A stretch of DNA of 64,000 bases, from assembly GCF_008831285.2 (NCBI RefSeq), contig NC_045138.2, positions 43,028,001-43,092,000 of the forward strand, read 5' to 3'. Each line of letters opens with the position of its first letter. Positions within the stretch are counted from its first letter, which is position 1. Both the position numbers and the translations under genes were made by a program. The stretch is from Nymphaea colorata. Its lineage: Eukaryota. Below, one piece after another: positions 54,660 through 64,000 of the stretch. The notes under the pieces are model-generated. The model saw nothing but the letters and a program-made list of their open reading frames with translations. It had not been told where the DNA came from and made no database searches.

Positions 54660-57600
54660 CTTCAATCGAATGGCAAACTAGACATCCCCTTGCACAAGAC
54701 GAGCCACAGAATCTGGCGAAGACAAGTTGTTCCTGAAGACTCTATTGTTGTGCTCCTCCCAAATGCGCCACCAAGCTGAAATGAGTCACAGCCTCCAGAC
54801 ATGACCCCAAAAAGCAGTCAGGTGGGGGGAAGGACAAAAGAGGAAAAGAAGACGAATGGATGGTGAGTTTGAAAGACTACTAACAAGGAAAGGCCAGGCT
54901 GAAGCAATGACACTAGAGAAAAAAGGGCAAGAAATAAAAAGGTGGACCCGAGACTCAGTCGTGACAAGACATAGGGGACACTGGTTAGCCAAACTATTGC
55001 CAAGGCATTGCAGGTAGTCAAAAGTGTTGATATGGCCAGTAAGAAGAAGCCAGACAAAAGCAATGACACGGGAAGATGGGCCAAGAGACCAAAGGGACTG
55101 GGGTGAGAACGACGCGACAGAAGGACCAAAGGAGGCCAGGTAGCAAGAAGAAAAGGTGAACTCACGGGTAGGTGAAAGAGGCCAGAATGGGGACGTGGAC
55201 GATGAGAGGTCAGCAAGGTGGAGGAAAAGAGGAAGGACAGAAAGCATGTCAGACCAAAAGTGAGAGGGAGAGGTGTGAGAGATAGAACTATTCCAGACGC
55301 TAGGTGAAGGCAGGTCGAATTTGGAACTAATGAATTAGGTGATAGGAGAATGTTCAGTTGCTAACCGCCACCACCAAGAACACAGAGAAGACTTACAAGT
55401 CCGACTAAGGTTGGTAACCCCAGCACCCCCAAGAAGACGCGGAAAGACAACCACATCCCAATGCACAAGGCGATCTGAAGGTCGATCACCATTCCAAATA
55501 AACTTACGAATAAGCTTATCAAACCTATGCAAAACAGCCATAGGAGGCCGAAAGACGGCCAAAGCATGAAGAGGGAGCGATGCAAGGCAATGCTTAGCTA
55601 GAGTAATACGACCTGGGAGAGAGAAAGCAGCTTTTTCTACCAACACTGAAGGCAATCAGTAAGCTTCTGCTCCACTCCATTCCAAAAGGAGTTTGCAGGA
55701 GGCGACAACGTAATCTGAAGCCCCAAGTAGTCCAAGGGCAGGCTAGTAGCCTTACACCCAAAGCAAGCTTCCGCGAGAAGTACCGTGGCCGGATCCGCGT
55801 GAATGAGGGAAAGGTGACATTTGGCAGAATTGATAGAAAGACCTGAGATGAGCTCAAAAACCTGAAGGATGAGCCACGTTCTAACAATCTGTTGGCAAGA
55901 AGCACTGCCGAACAAGAGAAAATCGTCAGCATAGTGAAGGGTGGAGAAAGTCTGTAAGTGGGAGAGCGAATGAGGTGTGAGGAAGCCAACAACCGTTGCG
56001 TGATGGAAAAGCACAGAAAAGCTCTCAGCAACCAAGTTGAAAAGCAAGGGCGATAACGGGCAACCTTGACGGAGGCCATGCTCGAGACAGAAGAAATTGC
56101 CACACTTCCCATTAAAGGAGACCGCAAGCTGGGCCCCAGTGACAAAGGACGTGATCCACTGTCTAAACAAAGGACCAAAAGCAAGACGGGTGAGGAGGTC
56201 AGAAAGGAACTCCTAACTAACCGAGTCAAAGGCGTAAGAGATGTCCAACTTAAGGATGAATGAAGGAAGCCGTAGACAATAAAGGGAGTGAACAACCTTA
56301 TTGGATAGGACAACGCGTCCTGCAGACGCCGACCCTTGACGAAAGCAACCTGGAAGGGGTTAATGATAGAAGGCATGACAGGCGCAAGCCGCAAAGAGAG
56401 CAACTTAGCAATAATCTTGTAAGGTGTGCCTAGGATGGAGATCAGGTGAAACTGGGTGACGTCCGTAGGGTTAAGGCGCTAAAGCACCAAGACGCAGGTA
56501 GCTTGATTGAATTCCTTCAGGAAAACGGAATTGGAGGTGAACTCATCACAAAACGCAAACACATCCGCACTACAAACCTCCCAGAATGTACGAAAAAATT
56601 CGATAGGGAAACCATCAATGCCAGGCGCCCTAATAGAGCCAAGGGCCCAAACTGCGTTCTTGATCTCTTGATGCAGGAAGGGCCGCTCAAGAGAGATCGC
56701 ACAAGAGACAGAGAGATGGGAGAGGTGAAAATCCAGCAGCGTGGCATGGAAGCGAAGAGGTTTGGAGTAGAAATCCCGAAAATGAGCACTCAAAGCCAGG
56801 AGGATGTCATCGCCAAGAAAAACCCTGCCCTCGATATTCATGGACTGGATCAACGTCTGATGGCGCCTTTGAGAGGCGACCAAGTGGAAGAATCTAGAGT
56901 TTTAGTCCCCGTGCGCAAGCCAACCCAGCCTAGAGCGCTGCTGCCAGTGGATAGACTCCCTAATCCGCCACTCCTGGGCAAGACACTGCAGACAAAGGAG
57001 AGGAGAAGACTGATCCGTAAAGATATTGTCAGAGGCCTGAAGGGACAGGATCTCCTCATCCCAATCGGCCACATCTGAAAATTTGCCACTCCAGAAAATG
57101 CGCTTCCAGGCAAGGGCCTCCCTTCTGATGAAGTGCAACTTCTGCGAGAGCCTAAAAGCAGCCCACCTACGAGCCCACCAATTAGGGACAGTAGCCACAG
57201 AGGATTCATCTCGGAACCACCAAAGCTCAAAACGAAACCTGGCGTGCCCAATACCGGCCCTACCCCGAAGAAGGGAAAGGAGCAGCGGAGCGTGATCAGA
57301 CAAGTGCCTCGAACCAAGAACCAAGGAGGACGAAGGAAAAGCAGAGAACAACTCAGGCGAGAGGAAGATACAGTCCAACCTACGGAGGATCGGAGGGTTC
57401 TTATTGTTGGACCAAGTAAACGTACCATTAGTCGAAGGCACGTCAAAAAGCCCGAACTCATCAACGAACGATCGAAAAACAGACATAGACGGGCTAGAAG
57501 TGACAGGGGAGGATGAGTCAGCAGGGCTAAGCAAACAGTTGAAGTCTTCTGCCAGCAGCCAAGGTGAAGCTGCAAGCTGGCGAACCTGATGCAGCTCAGC

Positions 57601-57958
57601 CCATAGCTGTCCACGCAAAGCCCTCACGCAAGGGCCATAGAACACAGTAACCAAGATCGAACCATTTGGCTAGAGTCTGCTGAGAGAAGTAGAGATAGAG
57701 TACCTACTGGCATGCACAATAGCCCCCGTAAGGGGTGGAGACCAAGCCAGCAGGATGCTGCCAGCAGATCCACAAGCAAAAAGGAACCCAAAGGACGATT
57801 GACGCAACAAAGTACAAACACAAGCGTGAGAGATGACAGGCAACTTGGTCTCAACCACGATTAGCACCGAAGGTCCATACTGACGGATCCAAGAAGAGAG
57901 ATATCTACGCTGATAACAGACACTGAGGCCCCTGCACATTCCAACATGCAACCCTCAT
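54660..57958 (-). pseudogene. LINE ORF2 (APE endonuclease, reverse transcriptase, C-terminal zinc-binding region), frameshifted
   Basis: MRVACWNV/RGL, ETKL, EDFN, RLD, SDHAP, APGIDGF, LRQGCPLSPLLFNL, YADD, CPLC...ESRVHLFISCPF. The 3' end is approximate. Confidence 0.93.
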
Positions 57959-59411
57959 GGGGAAACCACGTGAAGCGACGCACGCCTGGCAGCCCTGGTG
58001 GCACCAGGAGGGAGGATGGAGGCTGCGGAAGCCCCAATCCTATGCAATTCTCGCCGCAACCTGGCCAGGCTAGAGCAGGAGACCGGTGCCACAGCGGCAA
58101 CAAAAGAGGAACGCAACAAATCAAGTTGCTTCGGCGGAAGAGAGACCTTAAGAGCGTCAAGCCCATCCGGGAGGGAGATGCCTAACTTAGCATCCAACAA
58201 GGGGGTAACAGGTGGCAACCTATCGGGCAGGGGCAGGGAGTGACAAACCACTGGTCTAGTGGTGGGACCAGGCAACTGAATAGGGGAGGACAAGGGGGCA
58301 GAGGCGGATGCAAACTCAGACAGCAGGGCGGGGGAAAAAGAGCCAACACAAGGGATGTGGGGGAGGGCAGGGTTAACAGGTTGGAGGGGCAGGTAGGCAG
58401 GGTTTTGAGGAGAGCCGCGACTGAGTCTAGGGAGCAGAATATGCAGGGAAGGCAAGTCAGAGCTAAAGCTACTGTCAAAAGAAATAGACGAAAACCAAAG
58501 CAGATAGGCAAAGGAGGAGGTCCTGGGTGTAAGGGGGGGCATAGGGGGGCTAGTAACCAATGTAAAGAGCAACGTACAGGCAACAGAGGGAGAAAGGCTG
58601 ACTGGGGGTGCCGAGACGCCAGAGACCAAGAGAACGCAGGCCGTAGTCGAACAAGAGCGAGCAACAACAGCAACCTCACGGGGGCGACCCCCTGCCGACG
58701 GGCGGGCAGCCGAAAGTGATGGTGCGGACGACCATACGTCGCCAAGGTCAGACTGATCAGCAAACATCATCGGGTCGGGGCATCCCGAGGTGGACTTGCG
58801 TGAAGCCCTAGCTCGCAAAGCAGGAGAAGGAAAGGGCAAGCAGGGTACCTCAGGGGAGCGCCGCAGAGAGCAGGCTAGACTCCTATGCTGAGGAGAGGCT
58901 GGCGCCCGCAGTGAGGGAAGCAAGGGCGGAAGCTGTGAAGGTGGTAGCTCTACCACCGAAGAGCATTGGTGCGGCGGATCACCTGGACTGTAGATCTGCG
59001 AAACCTGTACCGAAAAAGGCGGACCCCACGTACCAGGCCAAGGAAGTCTGATAGAACCAAAGAACATATAACTCTCATCCGAAGAGGGTGACCGCTGAAC
59101 AACTGGCAGAGGAACCTGAACCCAGAAGGAAGAAGTGACCGCTGCAAAATCATGCCGCTGAGCAAAAAGGCGACGATCATTCTGACAAGCAGGAAAACGG
59201 CATCGGGAACACCTGACGACCCGGTGGTCGTTCAGGAAGCACACCTCTGACACCACCACTGGCCCCATCTAACACGGATAGAAGCGACAAACTGAAGAAG
59301 GTGACGAAGCCTGGAGGCACGCCGAGAAGAGGGGACACACCAAGGTGAGGGGGCTGGCCTACCAACGGAGACCACCTTGGGGACCCGCGGCTGCAAGGAA
59401 CAATCACCCAT
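57955..59411 (-). pseudogene. LINE ORF1 (RanBP2-type zinc finger, Pro/Ser-rich), one frameshift
   Basis: ATG at 59411 joins the 437-aa ORF through a 1-nt deletion near 59240; stop at 57955-57957. Confidence 0.7.
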
Positions 59412-61559
59412 CTGCAAAAGAAGAAAACAACAACGTGCGGGCAGAAGGAAAGCCTGGAGGAGTCCGCGAGCGTCTCTCAGCTGGAGAGAGAGAGAGAGAG
59501 AGAGAGAGAGTAGTGTTCTTGATCTAGCACTTCTTGTCAATAAGATACTAATTTCTTATAGAAATAAACTACATTTTATGCTATAAAACATAGAAAAACC
59601 CTAAAGCTTTTTCTAAGAATCAAAGAACGTTAATTAACTAACAAATCAAAAACTTATCTAACAAAGGAAATCCAAAACAATGTGCTCTCATTTGATGTCT
59701 AGGATATTGCTTTCCTATGGAATGAAGAAAACTATTGCTTTCCTGCAGATGTAAACTTCAGTACCAAACCACACGAATGCCTAAGCTTGGTTATTAGTGC
59801 AGTTGTCCCTTTTGTTTCTCAAATCTCAACGCCCCAAAAAGGCCTTTTTTGAAAATTGCTTACTCAATAACTCAAACCTAAACTCTCACTCCAATAGTGA
59901 AGTAAATAAACAAATTATGGTATGTGTGTGTGTAAGTGAATTAATTTAGTGCTCAATAATGTTGGCCAACATGCAGAAACTACTATGCTTTTTAAAGCAT
60001 CATTATCTCAGAGACAAGAAAGACAATTAAGGAGTAACAATATATAAAAGAAAATTCATGGAGATAAGTAATATGGAGCAAACTATTCAGGAACATTCAA
60101 ACATGTGAAGTCTTTTAAAGACATAATAGGAAGTCCAAAAACTCGTGTGTTGCTGGAGTACTGAGATGTCCACTGAGGAGCCAGTGGAGCTTCTTTTTCT
60201 ATATAAAAAGCAGAACCACGCTGACCACATGAGGCAAAAGTAAACATAAATTCTTCAGAAATTTTTTTGAGTCTGAATCTTATAAGCATTTTCCTTCCAT
60301 CCTCATTTTCTCATTCTTTCATAATGTACTTTTAGAAGTATTGAGTAAAAATAAGAACTAAGCCAGCATAATAACTAGTTTGCAATAGTAACTTTGAAGA
60401 AAATGACTATTAAGAAACATACGCATAATAGATTGATACCAATCTCAAGAACAGAAATACAACATCATCCCTTAACTTATAAAATAGGAGCACAACTACC
60501 CACAAGATTTTAACAAAAAATTTTTACTGAACTTGGTTTTATCTTACATTCATGGTAATTAGATTTACTTTGATGGTTGGCTGAGATTGTTTGAGTGAGA
60601 TTTTTACCTTTTTTTTACCATGGATGGATCTTGAGATTAACTCCTGCCAATGCACAATTGAAATGACTTCAGGTTTGTCCCCTCAGCACAAAAAGTATGT
60701 ACAAGATTTACTACAAAACAAATTACTTTCCATGAGAGAATACATAATGGATATGGCGTTGCTAATAAGAGGATGAATGCAGCAGCAGCTAATAAGAATT
60801 TAGTACGGTGGATGATTGCCGTGTGCAACCATTTTCAGGCGTGCACATGTATGAGATAACGCTGGTTATAGAAACTTTTAGGAACACTAGTTATAGGAAC
60901 GATCGCTCAATCATATTATTTTTAGGAATGAACTCTTACATTTTTTAGGACTGATTTTCGGTCGTTCTTAAAAGTACAATTTGTTGTTGTAGCATGCAAC
61001 TGAATTTGACAGTCATTATTGACAACTACAATTATACTAGAAGAAAACCACAAACTTACAAGTACAAGAAGCGCATTGACGTAAAAGAGCAAGAAAAAGT
61101 GGTCCATCCTTCTTATTTTTTTATTGAAGGGTAACATGGGAAGGGAGATTTTATGGGTCCAAAGTAAGGGAGTGAGTTATGTGTGCTGTTAGGTGCACAC
61201 AACCTATACACGCCAAAAGAAAAGGGAGGGCATTTTGATAATTTTTGAAAAAGCAAGATCCTTTTCAATCTTTTCACTTTCCTCACAAAAACTTTTCTTT
61301 TTCCATTAAATGTGGGTATTTTCATCATTAACCATAGTGGCGCACAAAAAATTTGTATACCATTATGACCTACGTAACCAGCTTGCCATAGTAATGTGAG
61401 GAACAATTTTTTTTTTGGTATATTGGGGTGGATGGGTACAAAGTTGTGCTTCTTATTTCATTTCAAGAGGGGCAGGCTCGTCATCCAAAGGTGGCAGTCG
61501 AGCAAAGTTGTTGGAGACTGAGTTGTGAATCCCACCCTTGTGTATATAATAACCATATG

Positions 61560-62026
61560 GCTGGATGTGGATTCTGCTATCAATTTGCATATTTATGACA
61601 TAATACGAGATAACAAACAGGTGTGAAATAATGACTGATGTATGATATAATGTCTCATGCATGAGATAATGCTAAATATAAATATAAGATAATGTGTAAG
61701 AGATAACAAAAAATTTATGAGATAATGAAATAACATACGAATGTATGAGATAACGTAAACCTAAGTATGATATAATGTTTATAAGATAATAAAATATTTA
61801 TAAGATAACATTATAAGTAGGACAAAAAAAATAAAGATGTTTATGTTGGTTATAAGGACATGCCTATAAAACTGATAAGTTTTACCTTTATCAAATGCCT
61901 AAATCTTTTTTTGTTGTGGTTGTCTTTGTTGTCCTTGCAAAAAGTTTCCTTTGTATTAATAGTGGGCATTTTTTGTCATTATTAAAATGACCATGACAAT
62001 TCGTATACGAAAGCATATATCCAGCT
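61560..62026. repeat. Dispersed repeat homologous to 10860-11310, ending ~150 bp before the first KCS ATG
   Basis: GAGATAA repeats and the shared terminal segment. A possible opposite TIR GCTGGTTATA lies at 60861. Confidence 0.6.
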
Positions 62027-62174
62027 TCGAAGATGTCCAAAATTTGAAAGACCCATCAAATGGAAGTCAATAGTTTAAAAGAGAGGGTCAGAGGGAGTGA
62101 GAAGGGAGTCGGTAGTTAATCTCCTTCGTTTCTTGTTCGCTCTGCAAAAAGGAACAGCCCCTTGAACATCCAAC

Positions 62175-63761
62175 ATGATTCCAGCCCTTCTTGTCGATAA
62201 GAACCACGTTCTCCTACATCTTTTAGAAAGCATGGCTCCTCACCTGCCGGTTTTCTTCTCCTCTGTGAAGCTCTTGAAGTACGTGAAACATGGCTACCAA
62301 TACCTCACCACCCACATCATTATCTTTGTGCTCCTTTCCATCATGGTGACCGTCATGGTAGAGGTAACCCGCAATAACCCCGATGGCGATGAGTTCCTGG
62401 TCTTCTGCCACTCCCTGCACTCCAACCTCATCCCAGTCCTCTCCTCATTCTTTCTTATCATTACGGCCGCCACCGTCTACTGCAAGTCTCGCCCTCCATC
62501 CGTCTTCTTGGTGGACTTCGCCTGCTTCAAGCCACCGGAGACATGCAGAATCCCGTTTGCGGCATTCATGGAGCACGCTCTCAACCACTCGGATGAGACG
62601 GAGCGAGTCAATCCCTCGCAGTTCTTCCAGAAGAACAGCGTCAACTTCATGATGAAGATCCTGGAGAGGTCCGGCCTCGGGGAGGAGACATGCCTGCCAC
62701 CAGCTTTGCACTACGTCCCTCCCGACAACAACATGGAGGCAGCCATGGCCGAAGCAGAGCTTAGCATCTTCTCCTCCGTGGATGCGCTCTTTAGGAAAAC
62801 AGGTGTCAAGCCAAAGGACATCGACATCCTCGTCGTCAACTGTAGCCTATTCTCGCCGACTCCTTCTCTGGCATCCATGGTAATCAGCAAGTATAAGATG
62901 CGGAGCAATATCAAGAGTTTCAACCTCTCCGGCATGGGCTGCAGTGCGGGACTGATCTCCATCAACCTCGTCCGCCACCTTCTGCAGGTGCACCGCAACT
63001 CGTATGCTGTCGTTGTCAGCACCGAGGTCATCACACCCAACTGGTACGACGGCAATACTCGCTCCATGCTGCTGCCGAACTGCCTCTTCCGAATGGGCGC
63101 CGCCGCCGTTCTCCTGACAAACCGCCGGTGCGAACTCACCCGTGCCAAGTACCGCCTGCTTCACGTGGTGCGCACCCATATGGGTGCCGAAGACACGGCA
63201 TATGGCTGTGTGTTCCAGCAGGAGGATGGTGAAGGGAAGGTGGGGATCAAGCTCTCCAAATACCTGATGGCCACCGCCGGCGACGCACTCAGGTCGAACA
63301 TCACAACGATTGGGCCGCTTGTGCTGCCGGTGTCGCAGCAGCTGCTGTTCCTGATTGGGCTCCTCAGCAGCAAGGTGTTGAATCGCAGGTGGAAGCCATA
63401 CGTGCCGGACTTCAAGCAGGCGTTCGAGCACTTCTGCATCCACGCGGGGGGGAAGGCAGTGATCGACGAGCTGGAGAGGAACCTACAACTGCGGCCGGAA
63501 GACATGGAGGCGTCGAGGATGACGCTGCACCGGTTCGGCAACACGTCATCGTCGTCGCTCTGGTACGAGCTGGCCTACATCGAGGCCAAGGGGAGGATGA
63601 AGAAAGGGGACAGACTGTGGCAGATCGCCTTTGGCAGCGGATTCAAGTGCAATAGCGCGGCCTGGATATGCATCCGCACTGTCGAGACGCCATTAGAGGG
63701 CCCCTGGTCGGACTGCATCCACAGGTATCCAGTTGACATCCCTGACGTCATTAAGCTCTAG
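62175..63761 (+). CDS. KCS6: 3-ketoacyl-CoA synthase, KCS5/KCS6 (CER60/CER6)-like, intronless; true start may be ATG 62232
   Basis: Intact 528-aa ORF with SSVKLLKYVKHGYQYL, LERSGLGEETCLPP, NLSGMGCSAG (catalytic Cys), FCIHAGG, FGNTSSSS and WQIAFGSGFKCNSA. KCS identity is firm; the exact orthologue is less certain. Confidence 0.95.
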   Translation: MIPALLVDKNHVLLHLLESMAPHLPVFFSSVKLLKYVKHGYQYLTTHIIIFVLLSIMVTVMVEVTRNNPDGDEFLVFCHSLHSNLIPVLSSFFLIITAATVYCKSRPPSVFLVDFACFKPPETCRIPFAAFMEHALNHSDETERVNPSQFFQKNSVNFMMKILERSGLGEETCLPPALHYVPPDNNMEAAMAEAELSIFSSVDALFRKTGVKPKDIDILVVNCSLFSPTPSLASMVISKYKMRSNIKSFNLSGMGCSAGLISINLVRHLLQVHRNSYAVVVSTEVITPNWYDGNTRSMLLPNCLFRMGAAAVLLTNRRCELTRAKYRLLHVVRTHMGAEDTAYGCVFQQEDGEGKVGIKLSKYLMATAGDALRSNITTIGPLVLPVSQQLLFLIGLLSSKVLNRRWKPYVPDFKQAFEHFCIHAGGKAVIDELERNLQLRPEDMEASRMTLHRFGNTSSSSLWYELAYIEAKGRMKKGDRLWQIAFGSGFKCNSAAWICIRTVETPLEGPWSDCIHRYPVDIPDVIKL

Positions 63762-64000
63762 GCGTGTCGGGTTTTATTCATGACGTTCATGAATCTCTTC
63801 CTTCCCGGCTCCTTCTTGTATTAATCTTTAATGTTGGGATGTTTGAGCGATGCTGCAAAACAATGGTGGTATCCTGTTACTTTTTTGGTTTGCTAATTAC
63901 CCTTTTAGAAGGAAGCCGAAAATGTATATATGCCATGTGATATATACATCTTGGAGAGAGGTTGAACATCCAAAGCGTGGCCGTCAGAGTGTAGTGAGAA

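Larger units (their letters stand above)
54473..59483 (-). mobile_element. Near full-length L1-like LINE (~5.0 kb) flanked on both sides by (GA)n
   Basis: Visibly GC-richer than its flanks; ORF1 + ORF2 layout; (GA)n at 54454-54472 and 59484-59510. Confidence 0.93.

Noticed and set aside
56446..58719. Plus-strand ORFs up to 210 aa
   Set aside because: Antisense shadows of the GC-rich LINE ORFs.
62223..63655. Overlapping and antisense ORFs within KCS
   Set aside because: Expected from GC-rich codon usage; no independent motifs.

Overview
Flowering-plant nuclear DNA: AT-rich, intron-containing and dense in transposons. Three host genes lie on the + strand: (1) the last three exons of a DUF616/MUCI70-TOD1-like glycosyltransferase (3171-6157); (2) a six-exon ankyrin-repeat + PGG transmembrane gene (ACD6/ITN1-like family) that I could splice in frame to about 623 aa (13411-35146), with a 12.7 kb TE-filled intron; (3) an intronless KCS5/KCS6-like 3-ketoacyl-CoA synthase (62175-63761). 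The rest is mostly TE: a dead hAT element, several hAT MITEs, a CACTA deletion derivative and a CACTA TnpD remnant, two decayed Copia elements, a decayed Tat/Ogre-like Gypsy (PMD, G-patch, extra RNase H), and a nearly full-length LINE. Most notable: the LINE has (GA)n on both sides, no poly(A) tail, and an ORF1 with a RanBP2-type zinc finger that appears after correcting one frameshift. Also, TE sequence carries captured host fragments: histone H3.3 with introns, histone H2A without an intron, and a BOP1-like WD40 exon. All calls come from manual reading and recalled consensus motifs; no searches were run.
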